In this document: one piece after another, positions 10,818 through 20,817 of the stretch
How positions within the stretch are numbered: the first letter of the stretch is position 1
Layout: each line of letters starts with the position of its first letter
Assembly: GCA_963749495.1 (NCBI GenBank)
Contig: CAVVMW010000006.1
Location: 896,001-960,000 of the forward strand
Reading direction: 5' to 3'
Length of the DNA: 64,000 nucleotides
Origin: an uncultured bacterium
Lineage (GTDB): Bacteria; Verrucomicrobiota; Verrucomicrobiia; Limisphaerales; UBA8199
Translations under genes and position numbers: made by a program
The notes under the pieces: model-generated
The model's input: only the letters and a program-made list of their open reading frames with translations
What the model was told of the DNA's origin: nothing
Database searches by the model: none

Positions 10818-11088
10818 AGGGCCGAAGGCCCGCAATGTGAAAGCCTGGGGTGAAGCGCGCAGCGCGCAGCCCCAGGTAAGAGCCGAAAAACACGTTTCCT
10901 CCGCCCTGTAGGGGCGGAAGAGGCCTTTGTGGGCTCAAGACGAGTGGACAAACGATGTTGGCCAGAGATTGGGACATGAGCGGTGACGGCCTTACAGGGC
11001 TGTGGACATTCGCAACAGTGCCTGACCTGGGCCTCCGCTCGTCGGACTCGCTGCAGCCCAGGCTATCACATTACGGGCCTTCGGCCCT
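10818..11088 (-). mobile_element. Miniature REP-flanked element retaining the start of an IS200/RAYT-type tnpA
   Basis: Inverted arms AGGGCCGAAGGCCCG.AATGTGA.AGCCTGGG around MSQSLANIV.. (ATG at 10977, minus strand); second copy at 45388-45569. Confidence 0.65.
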
Positions 11089-11160
11089 GATTTCCTGTCT
11101 CGTCCCTCGCCCCTCGTCCCTCGTCCCTCTATTTCCTCGCAAAGTCTGGCGCCAGGGCGG

Positions 11161-11364
11161 GATAAGGCGGCAGACCCCAATCCAGCCTTCACGTTGAGTT
11201 CTCCCGGCTATCCTTCATTCACGTGGACCTTCACCCGGTTTTCGGATGCCGCTGCCCAGGTCAAAGAGGCGCGCATCTGGGGCGGTCTCCACTTTCGCAA
11301 TTCAGTCAACGTGGGGGGCGACATGGGCGTGCCGCTTGGACGGGCTCCGCTGGGCTCCGGCTGA
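11161..11364 (+). pseudogene. C-terminal remnant of a vanadium haloperoxidase/PAP2-superfamily gene
   Basis: Frame from 11161 reads TWTFTRFSDAAAQVKEARIWGGLHFRNSVNVG, like the R..GG.HF motif; no start or N-terminal part. Confidence 0.6.
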
Positions 11365-11365
11365 T

Positions 11366-11665
11366 GGCCTCAGTGAAGGCGGGGGCGACACACGGCGGGC
11401 AGACCCCTCACCCCGGCCCTCTCCCCTCGGAGGGGAGAGGGTGGGTTCTCGGCACGGGCTTGAGGAAGCGGACGCGCCTCGAAGTTCCAGGGACTGCCAA
11501 CGCTTCTCCCTCTCCCCTCGGAGGGGAGAGGGTGGGTTCTCGGCAGCGGCTTGAGGAAGCGGACGCGCCTCGAAGTTCCAGAGACTGCCGACCCTTCTCC
11601 CTCTCCCCTCCGAGGGGAGAGGGCCGGGGTGAGGGGTCTGCCGGGGACTCCGTTTCCGCCTTCAC
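11366..11665. repeat. Palindromic repeat family GGCCTCAGTGAA...CCCCTCACCCCGGCCCTCTCCCC, copy 1, with internal ~91-bp tandem duplication
   Basis: Hairpins CCCTCTCCCCTCGGAGGGGAGAGGG; related copies at 51640-51850 and 58046-58255. Confidence 0.85.
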
Positions 11666-11719
11666 CCATTGCCCCGGTTAAATCCTTGTCTGGCGCACGG
11701 GTTCCGGTTATACGCCGGC

Positions 11720-14700
11720 ATGACAAGATCCGCTTCAGCCGGCGCACTGGCTCTTGGGCTGCTGGTCCGGACGGCCGCCGGCGCCATCCCCTGGCAGCAC
11801 CCGCTCTACCTGGCCAACGGCGGCTACTGGCCGCAGCGCGTGGCCCTTAGCATCACCAACGGCTCGGCCGGGCCCGTGGCTGGCGAGCCGTTCGGGCCTC
11901 TCGCTCCCAGGTCTGGCCGGCGCGCGTGTGGAATCGCTGCGCGTCTGCCGCGCGGACGGCGTAGAACTGCTCTTCGACTTGCGCGATAGTCGTGGACTGG
12001 CCAAACGCGCGGGGGCGTTGGGCGCGGAGGACCAGCTCATCGTGCCGGTCGAATGTCCTGCACACTCGGCAACGACCCTGCTTGTCTATGCGGGCAACTC
12101 CGCGGCGTGGGCCGTGCCTGATTTTCTGCCCGGCCGGTTCGCCGAGGGCGCCGGCCGGGCGCGTCGCGCCGGTTTGGGCGTGTCCATCGGCGAGGTCGAG
12201 AGCCTGCAGCTCAGGCCCGCGCAGGCCATCACACCCAAACCTGGCTCGGATTGGCTGAACTGGGCTGAGGTGCGAGTGCGCCGGTTCAGCGCAGAGCCCG
12301 GCCCGGCGGGCCTGGTCCGGGTGAGCTTGCGCCGGGCGCTGGCCCGCTTGCCGGGTCTTTCCGGGGATTCCGCGGCCTGTGTCGCGTCCAGCGACGGTGT
12401 GGAGACGGCCTCCTACGGTTTAGGGCGGGGCGCGGATTTGCTCTTTAGCGCAACCTTGCCCCCGCTGACCGAGTCACTTTTCCAGGTCGGTTTCCGCACG
12501 GGCTCGCAACTGGACGCCACGGCGGCCCTTGAAAATTACGCGCGGCTTCTGGCCAGCAGCGCAAACCTGGTTGCCAACGGCAGCTTTGAGAGCGGCAACG
12601 GCGGACCAGACCAGTGGCGCAAGCCGGCCCAGGGCGGCCCGCAACGGGTCACGGCCGGGTTCAGCACGGATGCGCGGTTCGGGAGCCGGTCACTCGAATT
12701 GACGGTGCTGGAGAACCCCAAGGGCGATTGGCTGGGCTGGGACTTGAGCGAGATCCCCGTCAAGCCGGGAGCAACCTATCTCCTGAGCGGTTGGCTCAAG
12801 GCCATCGGGCTGCAAAGCTGGGCCGCCCTCCACGCCCATTTCCATGAGGCCCGCGGCGCCTTGACCCGGAGCGGGGCCATGGTCAGCACCCAACCCACGG
12901 TGAGCGGCAACTCGGATTGGGTGAACTCGATGGGCTTCTTCCAGGCCCCGCCCGATGCGGCCACCCTCCAACTCCACTTGACGATCAACACGCAGGGCAC
13001 GCTGCGCCACGAGGGCATTGTCTTGTGCGAGGTGGTTGACGGGGAGGTGGGGCGCGTCCACTGCGCCGCCGCCCAGGCTGCCGCTCCCGGCCTGCAGGTC
13101 TGGGAAGTCAATCCGCTGGTGAAGGTGTTCCCCGATACTCCGCCGCAAGCCCAGGCACGGGAGCTTTCCGTGGAGTTGGCCCGCAGTGAATACCAGGCCT
13201 TTCAGCTCGCCCTCCGCCCTGCCGCCGCCGGCACGACCCACGTGAGCATCGCCCTTTCTCCGCTCAAGAGCGCCGACGGCAGCCAACTGCCCCCGGTCAA
13301 GATCGAGCGCGTGGGTTTTGTGCCCGTGGATTATCCCAGCGCCTATTACTCGACCGATGTCCCCGAGTGGTGCCGCAAGCTGCCCCGCGGCGCCGGCGCC
13401 ACCGACGGTTGGGCCGGCTGGTGGCCCGACCCCCTGGCGCCGGGCTCGGCCCTGGACCTTGCCCCCGGCCAAACACAGCCGGTCTGGTTTACCGGTACAC
13501 GCGCCCAAGACTGCTGCGCCGGGCAACTACCAGGCAGAGGTGAGCTTGAACGCCGCCGGCCAGGACACCGTCAGAATTCCTGTGACCGTCCGGGTGCTGC
13601 CTTTCACGCTCCCCGAGCAGGGCCGGCTGCGCGTCATTTTCGATTTCCGGTTCGGTCCAGGCGGCGGTTTTGGCAGCGGCGCCGCCTCGAACGAGGACCA
13701 GCGCAAATGGCTTCGCTTCATCGCCGAGCATCGGCTGGGCATCGATGGCATCAATCCTCCTCCCGAATTCAGATACCGCGAGGGCAAGGTGACCATGGAC
13801 GCCGCCCAGTTCGACGAGATGGCGCGATTCTGCTTCGACGAGCTGGGCATAAACGTGGCCTACACGCCGCAGTTCTTCTATATGTTCGGCTGGGCGTATC
13901 CGCCCAAAAAGCTCTTTGGCCTGGAGCCGTTTACGCCGGAATGGACCGCCGCCCTCCAGCAGGCCTACCGCCTCTTCACCGAGCACCTGCGCCAGAAAGG
14001 CTGGCACGACAGATTCGTCTATTACGTCTCGGATGAGCCGCATTTCCAGCACACGTTCGTGGTCGAACAGATGAAGAAACTCTGCGCCCTGGTCCATGAG
14101 GTGGATGCAACCATCCCGATCTACTCCAGCACCTGGCGGCACTGCGCGGCCTGGGACGACTCGTTGGATCTCTGGGGCATAGGCCAATACGGGTGTTTCC
14201 CGGTGGAGGAAATGGAACGGCTGCAGCGGGCGGGCCGGCAGATGTGGTTCACGTGCGACGGCCAGATGGCTACCGATACCCCGTTCCTGGCCACCGAGCG
14301 CCTGCTGCCTTACTACTGCTTCAAGTACGGCGTGCGCGGCTTCGAGTTCTGGGGCCTGGCCTGGTGGACCTACAACCCCTGGCAGGTGGGCTGGCACCAG
14401 TTCATCCGCCAGAGCGATGAAGGCAAGAATTACTACTGGGTCCGTTACCCCGACGGCGACGGCTTCCTAGCCTATCCCGGCAAGCCGGTGGGCGTGGATG
14501 GCCCGGCCAGCACCATTCGCCTCGAGCAAATCCGCCAGGGCCTTCAGGATTATGACGCCCTGGCCCTGCTGGCGCAACTGGCGGACAAAGCCAAACAGGC
14601 CGGCCGAGCCGACGCCGGCGCACAGAGCGCCCTGGCCATGGCCAGGGACCTGGTCGCCATTCCCAACGCCGGCGGGTTGCGCTCGACCCAGCTCCTGCCC

Positions 14701-14784
14701 GACCCCGACCGCGTTCCCGCCATCCGCAAGGCCGTCAATGCCGCGCTCGTCCGCCTGGTCCCCCCGCCGCCGGCGCCGCAATAG
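11720..14784 (+). CDS. Secreted glycoside-hydrolase-like protein (CBM4/9-like domain plus DUF4091/GH123-like domain); frameshifts near 11893 and 13497
   Basis: NLVANGSFE domain, LARSEYQAFQLAL, WPDPL, YVSDEP, GDGFLAYPG..STIRLEQIRQGLQDY. Confidence 0.8.
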
Positions 14785-14800
14785 ACCCAGGGGCGGAAAA

Positions 14801-14855
14801 CAGTCCACAGTCCACAGTCCACAGTCCACAGTCCACGGGCCGCAGGCCACAGTCC
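14801..14855 (+). repeat. Heptamer tandem repeat (CAGTCCA)n
   Basis: Five clean units plus degenerate units; flanked by a 19-bp duplication of the upstream gene end. Confidence 0.9.
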
Positions 14856-14892
14856 CCCGGCGCCGCAATAGACCCCGGGGGTGGGGGGCCGG

Positions 14893-15105
14893 ACCGGAGT
14901 GCGCCCGTCCCCGGGCGCAGCGACGTCCGCAGCCAAGGCAGCGGTCAAGTACTCCGGCGCGCCTGCCCTCTCCGTCGCTGCTGCGCCCGGGGACGGGCGC
15001 ACTCCGGGGGCAGTGCGGGCCAGCTTGGGACGCCAACGGCGTCATTCATACCAACCCAGGGGCGTTGCCCTGGGCTGGCATGAGCCAGGCCTTCGGCCTG
15101 AAGGC
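14893..15105. repeat. REP-like inverted repeats
   Basis: CCGGAGTGCGCCCGTCCCCGGGCGCAGC ... GCTGCGCCCGGGGACGGGCGCACTCCGG, followed by a CCCAGGG..CCCTGGG hairpin. Confidence 0.75.
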
Positions 15106-15252
15106 AACGAATACGATCCTGCTCCTTGGGTCCGCTCTGGCGGAGCCTTCAAGAAGGTGCTATAATGTTGAACATTACCAATGAACTGGCAAAAGGCTGA
15201 TACCTATGATGCCCTTGCATCGCACGCTGCCCATCGGACAAAGACTGATCCT

Positions 15253-15954
15253 ATGAAAACCGAGAACGACGGCACTGTGCCCTGCCTGGCGCCCAAACGC
15301 ATCCTGCTCGTGGACGACCATCCCCTGGTGCGCGAGGGTCTGGCCCGGGTGCTGGCGCGCGAACCCGGCCTGGTGGTGTGCGGCGAGGCGGCCGACCGGA
15401 AGGGCGCCCTCCAGGAGATTGCGCTCACCCACCCCGACCTGGCGACCATTGACCTCACGCTCAAGGACTCTTACGGCCTTGACCTGATCAAGGACGCGCG
15501 CCTGGAGTTTCCCCGGCTGCTCATGCTGGTGGTCTCCATGCACGACGAATTGATGAACGCGGAGCGGGTCTTGCGGGCGGGCGCCTCGGGTTACGTAACC
15601 AAGGAGCAGGCCGCTACAGACCTCGTCGAGGCGGTGCGCCGTGTCCTGCGGGGTGAGTTGCACTTCAGCCCGGCCGTCCTCGCGCGGTTAGCCTGCCGGT
15701 TCCGGGCGCATCCGCGCGCCGGCGCTGCCCCCGCCCTCGACGGCCTCACGGACCGCGAGATGCAAGTCTTGGATTTGATAGGCCGGGGCCTGGGCCGCCG
15801 CCAGATTGCCGGCCACTTGCACCTCGATGTGAACACGATCGAGACCTACCGCGCCCGCATCAAGGAGAAGCTCGGCATCAAAGACGCCCTGGAACTGCTG
15901 CAGTACGCCATCCGCTCGAGCCGCGCGGCAATGGAGGCGCATCAAGACATCTGA
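15253..15954 (+). CDS. NarL/LuxR-family response regulator (no cognate kinase in window)
   Basis: RILLVDDHPLVREGL, GASGYVTK, LTDREMQVLDLIGRG...TIETYRARIKEKL. Confidence 0.92.
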   Translation: MKTENDGTVPCLAPKRILLVDDHPLVREGLARVLAREPGLVVCGEAADRKGALQEIALTHPDLATIDLTLKDSYGLDLIKDARLEFPRLLMLVVSMHDELMNAERVLRAGASGYVTKEQAATDLVEAVRRVLRGELHFSPAVLARLACRFRAHPRAGAAPALDGLTDREMQVLDLIGRGLGRRQIAGHLHLDVNTIETYRARIKEKLGIKDALELLQYAIRSSRAAMEAHQDI

Positions 15955-16261
15955 TGAATTAAACTGCACGGAAACCCAGGGCAACGCCCCCAGGACAGGG
16001 ACGCGCGAGGATTGCCAGGGCTGAAAGCCCGCTCCATCGCCCGCTGGCGCGCCCTCGACCAAGCCATCGGCAGCGATGCCAACGCATGGGGCGGGCTTTC
16101 AGCCCTTTGCCACTTTTCCGGTCATGACCTGGGCCGTTGGCCCAGGCTGGTATGGACCGCGCCGTTGGCGCTCCAGGCGTTGGCTCGGATCACACTTGCC
16201 GAATGGCGGTCCCGGGGCAATCTTGAAGGCCAATTAGATGTGTGTTCATGACCACTAAACA

Positions 16262-17425
16262 ATGGATCAACTTTTTGTCACGCTGAAACACCGGTTGGTG
16301 GAAGCCGCGCCGGCATCCTGGCAGCCGGTGCTCTCGGCCCTGATTTCCACCGCCGGGCTCATCGGGACCTTTGCCGCCCTGTTCGCCCTGACGACAGTTG
16401 TCGAGCGCAAGGGCCTGGCCCGCATCCAGAATCGCTACGGTCCCAACCGGGTTGGCCCCTGGGGCCTGCTCCAGCCTCTGGCCGACGGGCTCAAGGCCTT
16501 GACCAAGGAGGATGTGGTCCCGCGCGGGGCGGACCGGGTCGTGCACTTCCTGGCGCCGCTGGTCCTGGTGGCGCCGGTCTTCCTGGCGCTGGCCGTCCTG
16601 CCGGTCGGGCGGAATATGGCGGCCGTGGACCTGGATGCCGGGGTGCTCTTCTTTTTCGCGGTCGGGGCGGCAACCGAGTTGTCGGTCTTCATGGCAGGCT
16701 GGTCGAGCCGGAACAAGTACTCGCTGCTGGGGGCGATGCGGGCGATCGCCCAGATGCTCAGCTATGAAGTGCCGCTGATCCTTTCGGCCACGACGGTCGT
16801 GATGATGGCCGGCTCGCTCTCGACCGTGAGAATCGTCCAGGCCCAAGCCGGCTACTCAGGGGGATGGCCGCATTGGTTCGTCCTGACGCCCTGGGGGCTG
16901 GCCGGTTTCGTCTTGTTCCTAATCGCCGCCACGGCCGAATCCAACCGCTCACCCTTCGACCTGCCGGAAGGAGAATCGGAGATCGTTGCCGGCTACTACA
17001 TCGAATACTCCGGCTTCAAGTTCGCCCTGTTCTTCCTGGGCGAATACGTCGGTCTGTTCGCCGTGAGCGGCCTGGCCATTACGCTCTTCCTGGGGGGTTG
17101 GCAGGCGCCGTTTGCCTTTCTGACCTGGGTGCCGTCCTGGCTCTGGTTTTTCGCGAAGCTCCTGGCCCTGATCGCGTTGTTCATCTGGGTGCGGGGGACC
17201 TTGCCGCGCCTGCGTATGGACCAACTGATGAACTTCGCCTGGAAATTCATGCTGCCGATGGCGCTGGTCAATGTCCTGGCTGCCGGCCTCTGGCGGTTCG
17301 TGCGGCCTGCCGGGGCGCGCTGGCTGGTCTGCTCGCTCCTGATCGGGGGCGCTTATGTCGCCCTCGGCCGCACCCTCTCCGAACGGCGCGGGTACGCCAG
17401 GAGGAGCTATCGGTACGGGGAGTGA
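16262..17425 (+). CDS. nuoH: NADH-quinone oxidoreductase subunit H
   Basis: ERKGLARIQNRYGPNRVGPWGLLQPLADGLK, AESNRSPFDLPEGESE, RGTLPRLRMDQLM. Confidence 0.96.
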   Translation: MDQLFVTLKHRLVEAAPASWQPVLSALISTAGLIGTFAALFALTTVVERKGLARIQNRYGPNRVGPWGLLQPLADGLKALTKEDVVPRGADRVVHFLAPLVLVAPVFLALAVLPVGRNMAAVDLDAGVLFFFAVGAATELSVFMAGWSSRNKYSLLGAMRAIAQMLSYEVPLILSATTVVMMAGSLSTVRIVQAQAGYSGGWPHWFVLTPWGLAGFVLFLIAATAESNRSPFDLPEGESEIVAGYYIEYSGFKFALFFLGEYVGLFAVSGLAITLFLGGWQAPFAFLTWVPSWLWFFAKLLALIALFIWVRGTLPRLRMDQLMNFAWKFMLPMALVNVLAAGLWRFVRPAGARWLVCSLLIGGAYVALGRTLSERRGYARRSYRYGE

Positions 17426-17428
17426 GCG

Positions 17429-17660
17429 GCAATGACGAATGACGAATGACGAATGGACCGAATGCGGAGTGCGGAATGCGGAGTGCGGAATGAGCAATGA
17501 CGAATGACGAATGACGAATGGACCGAATGCGGAGTGCGGAATGCGGAATGCGGAATGTTCCGGTGGGAAAGTCGGGTCTGGATTGCGGCGCGGGGAATGA
17601 CGAATGACGAATGACGAATGACGAATGACAATTCACGTTTCACGTTTCACGTTTCACGAA
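17429..17660 (+). repeat. Compound heptamer arrays (AATGACG, AATGCGG, TTCACGT) including a ~65-bp tandem duplication
   Basis: Directly visible in the nuoH-nuoJ spacer. Confidence 0.95.
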
Positions 17661-17673
17661 TAAGGAATGACCG

Positions 17674-18171
17674 ATGAACGCGGTGTTTTCTTTGCTCGGC
17701 ATCCTGACGCTTTCCGGAGCGGTCGCGGCGATGGTGCTGCGCAACCTGGTGCATTGCGCGCTGGCGCTGGCGGTGGCCTTTGCGGGTTTGGCAGGGCTCT
17801 ACGTTGCCCTGGGGGCGCCGTTCGTCGGGTTTGCCCAGGTCCTGATCTATCTGGGGGCGGTGGCGATTCTGATTGTGTTCGCGATCCTGCTGAACTCGAG
17901 GCGGCGGAGGGGCTTCGCCGGCAGTCTTTTCTTCCTCGTGGGCAGTCGGGGCGGGGATTGGGCTGGTCGTGTTCGGCGTGCTGGGCTGGAGCATCCTCCG
18001 GAGCCGGGCGCTGCCTGTGGGGACGGGGCCGGCCCGGCGGCGGCCGTGAAGCAGATTGGCGACCAGTTGATGACGCGCTACGTCCTGCCGCTCGAAGTGC
18101 TGGGCCTGCTGCTGACCGCCGCCCTGATCGGGGCCGTGGTCATAGCCATGCGCGAAAGGAACCCCAGATGA
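17674..18171 (+). CDS. nuoJ: NADH-quinone oxidoreductase subunit J; two compensating indels near 17893 and 18025
   Basis: RNLVHCALAL, QVLIYLGAVAILIVFAILL, YVLPLEVLGLLLTAALIGAVVIA. The fourth TM helix is in an alternative frame. Confidence 0.9.
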   Translation: MNAVFSLLGILTLSGAVAAMVLRNLVHCALALAVAFAGLAGLYVALGAPFVGFAQVLIYLGAVAILIVFAILLNSRRRRGFAGSLFFLVGSRGGDWAGRVRRAGLEHPPEPGAACGDGAGPAAAVKQIGDQLMTRYVLPLEVLGLLLTAALIGAVVIAMRERNPR

Positions 18172-18178
18172 AGCGCAC

Positions 18179-18324
18179 AAGGGACAAAAGCGACATAAGG
18201 GACATAAGGGACCCAAGGGACGCAAGGGATGGACGCATCCGAACCACTCCGCCCTCGAGGAGTGTGAAGTTTCTGTCATTCGTCATTCGTCATTCTTCAT
18301 TCGTCATTGCTCATTCCGCACTCC
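18179..18324. repeat. 9-mer array (AGGGACATA-like) followed by reverse-orientation heptamer array (TCATTCG)n
   Basis: In the nuoJ-nuoK spacer; 18187-18212 is identical to 31021-31046. Confidence 0.9.
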
Positions 18325-18325
18325 A

Positions 18326-18628
18326 ATGACCTCCTATCTCCTTTTGTCGGCCTTGCTCTTTAGCGTGGGCCTGGGCGGGGCGCTGACGCGGCGCAACGCG
18401 ATCAGCGTGCTCATCGGCATCGAGCTCATGCTCAATGCCGCCAACCTCAATTTCATCGCCTTTTGGCGGTATGGGCCTCATCCGCAGGCGATGACCGGCA
18501 TCATGTTCGCCCTCTTCTCGATCGGGGTGGCGGCGGCCGAGGCGGCGGTGGGCCTGGCGCTGGTCGTCGCCATCTACCGGCACTCGAGGACGGCCAACCT
18601 GGACGAGATCAATTCGATGAAAGGCTGA
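18326..18628 (+). CDS. nuoK: NADH-quinone oxidoreductase subunit K
   Basis: RRNAISVLIGIELMLNAANLNF, AAAEAAVGLAL. Confidence 0.96.
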   Translation: MTSYLLLSALLFSVGLGGALTRRNAISVLIGIELMLNAANLNFIAFWRYGPHPQAMTGIMFALFSIGVAAAEAAVGLALVVAIYRHSRTANLDEINSMKG

Positions 18629-18636
18629 CCCGATCG

Positions 18637-20817
18637 GTGAACTGGATCGTCTCAAGCTGCGGGCTGATCCCCCTGCTGCCGCTGGTGGCAGCGGGGGTGA
18701 GCGCGGTGCTGCCGCGGCGGCGGCGCAGGTGGGCCGCGGCGCTGGCGGTCGGCTCGATGTGCCTGGCGCTGGCGATGTCGTGCGTTGCCTTGGCGCACGT
18801 CATCGGGCGTTCGGGGCTGGGGGAGGTGGGGCGGGAGTATCTGAACTTCCCCTGGTTTGAGTTTGGCGACTCGGCGTTGAGGCTGGGCTGGGTGCTGGAC
18901 GCGCTCTCGGGGGTCATGCTGGTCATGGTCGCGTTTGTCGCCCTGCTGATCTTTGTCTATAGCCTGGGCTACATGGCGCAGGACGAGAACTTCACGCGGT
19001 TTTTCTGTTTCCTGTCGCTCTTTGCGGCGGCAATGTTGGGCCTGGTCATCGCCAATAGCCTCCTGCTCCTGTTCATGTGTTGGGAGTTGGTGGGGTTGAC
19101 GTCGTACCTGCTGATCGGCTTCTGGTATCACAAACCGAGCGCGGCGGCGGCGGCGCGCAAGGCCTTTATCGTGACGCGCATCGGCGACCTGGCCTTTCTG
19201 CTGGGCATGGTGTGGCTCTACGCGCGCAGCGGCACGCTGCTCTTTTACGACGATGGCCGGGGCTGTCTGGAAGGCCCCGTGGCGGACCAACTCATCGCGC
19301 ACGCCACCCGCCTGGGCCTGACCGGCTCGACCGCCATCGGGTTGCTCATCTTCCTGGGCGCCATGGGCAAGTCGGGCCAGGTGCCGCTGCACGTCTGGCT
19401 GCCCGACGCCATGGAAGGGCCAACACCCGTCAGCGCCCTCATCCACGCCGCGACGATGGTGGCCGCAGGCGTGTTCCTGGTCGCCCGGGTCTATCCATTG
19501 ATGGCGCCTTGCCTGCCGGTTGTCACCTGGGTCGGCGCCATCACCGCCGTCTTTGCCGCCACGATCGCCGTCGCCCAGACCGACATCAAACGCATCCTGG
19601 CTTACTCGACCATTTCCCAGCTCGGGTTCATGATGCTTGGCCTGGGCGCAGGCGGGGTGGCCGTGGGGACGTTCCACCTGGTGACACACGCCTTTTTCAA
19701 GGCGCTGCTGTTCCTGGGCGCCGGTTCCGTCATCCACAGTTGTCAGGAGGAACAGGACATTCGTTGGCTGGGCGGTTTGCGGCGGCTCATGCCCATCACC
19801 TTTGCGACCTATGCGGTCGGCATGCTGGCCCTGAGCGGCTTTCCGCTCCTGTTCTCCGGGTTTTGGAGCAAGGACGCCATTCTCGAGGCCGCGCGCGGCT
19901 GGGGCGGGTCGCAGTGGCCATTCTATCTTGGCTTGTGCGGGGCGCTGCTGACGGCCTTCTACATGACCCGGCAGGTCATTCATGTCTTCTACGGCCACTG
20001 CCGGCTGGCATTGGGGGCGCCTCCCGGCACTGGCCTCCGGAACGCCGCATTTATGCGGCAGCGGCCTGGAGATCCAAGGAGTCTGCCGGCTGAAGCCGGC
20101 GTTCCGCGGGCAGTGTCAGGATGCGCCCTGGCAATGGGCGGGACGACGCGGTCCGGGCAGCGAACGGTCGAACATGCCGGCCCGCGCGAAAGCCCGCGCG
20201 TCATGACGGTCCCGCTGGTCATCCTGGCCGCGTTCTCGGTTCTGCCGGGTGTGTTCGGCACGCCGGCCTGGCCATGGTTCCAGGGCTTCCTGGAGGGGCG
20301 GCCGGCCTTCTTCGAGCTGGCCAGGTTGATCGAGCCGGGCCTGCTGGCACTGCTGGCGCTCTCCAGCGCCATCGTCCTGGCGGGCATTGGGTTGGGTTAC
20401 TGGCTTTACGGCCGCAAGCCGCTCAGCCAACCCGGCGAGCCGGATGCCCTGGAGCGGCTTCAACCCGAGCTCTTCGCCTTGCTGCGGAGGAAGTATTTCG
20501 TGGACGAGATCTACGACTGGTCATTTGTGGCGCTCAACGCCCGGTGGGCACGGCTCTGCGATTGGCTGGACCAATGGCTCTGGCGGGGCATGGTGCAACT
20601 GGCCGGTTGGGGCGTCGTGGGTCTTTCATGGCTCAACCGTCTGCTGGATGAGCACGTGGTCAACCCGGGCTTCGATGCGGCGTGCCGCGGGGTGAGCCAG
20701 GGCGGGGGCCTGGCGTCGCGCCTGCAGGACGGCCGCGTCCAGCATTATCTGCGTGTCCTGGGCGTGGCACTGGCGGCGCTCATCCTGTTCTTGCTTTGGG
20801 GGTGCGGCGCCTCATGA
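18637..20817 (+). CDS. nuoL: NADH-quinone oxidoreductase subunit L with in-frame insertion and extended lateral helix
   Basis: WELVGLTSYLLIGFW, GKSGQVPLHVWLPDAMEGPTPVSALIHAATMV, THAFFKALLFLGAG; GTG start at 18637. Confidence 0.95.
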   Translation: MNWIVSSCGLIPLLPLVAAGVSAVLPRRRRRWAAALAVGSMCLALAMSCVALAHVIGRSGLGEVGREYLNFPWFEFGDSALRLGWVLDALSGVMLVMVAFVALLIFVYSLGYMAQDENFTRFFCFLSLFAAAMLGLVIANSLLLLFMCWELVGLTSYLLIGFWYHKPSAAAAARKAFIVTRIGDLAFLLGMVWLYARSGTLLFYDDGRGCLEGPVADQLIAHATRLGLTGSTAIGLLIFLGAMGKSGQVPLHVWLPDAMEGPTPVSALIHAATMVAAGVFLVARVYPLMAPCLPVVTWVGAITAVFAATIAVAQTDIKRILAYSTISQLGFMMLGLGAGGVAVGTFHLVTHAFFKALLFLGAGSVIHSCQEEQDIRWLGGLRRLMPITFATYAVGMLALSGFPLLFSGFWSKDAILEAARGWGGSQWPFYLGLCGALLTAFYMTRQVIHVFYGHCRLALGAPPGTGLRNAAFMRQRPGDPRSLPAEAGVPRAVSGCALAMGGTTRSGQRTVEHAGPRESPRVMTVPLVILAAFSVLPGVFGTPAWPWFQGFLEGRPAFFELARLIEPGLLALLALSSAIVLAGIGLGYWLYGRKPLSQPGEPDALERLQPELFALLRRKYFVDEIYDWSFVALNARWARLCDWLDQWLWRGMVQLAGWGVVGLSWLNRLLDEHVVNPGFDAACRGVSQGGGLASRLQDGRVQHYLRVLGVALAALILFLLWGCGAS
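20015..20128. mobile_element. Miniature inverted-repeat element inside nuoL
   Basis: Ends GGGCGCCTCCCGGCACTG and CAGTGTCAGGATGCGCCC; inner REP pair; flanks TGGCATTGG (20006-20014) and TGGCAATGG (20129-20137). Confidence 0.75.

Noticed and set aside
11417..11598. Repeat-spacer-like pattern
   Set aside because: The spacers are near-identical; it is a tandem duplication in a palindromic element, not CRISPR.
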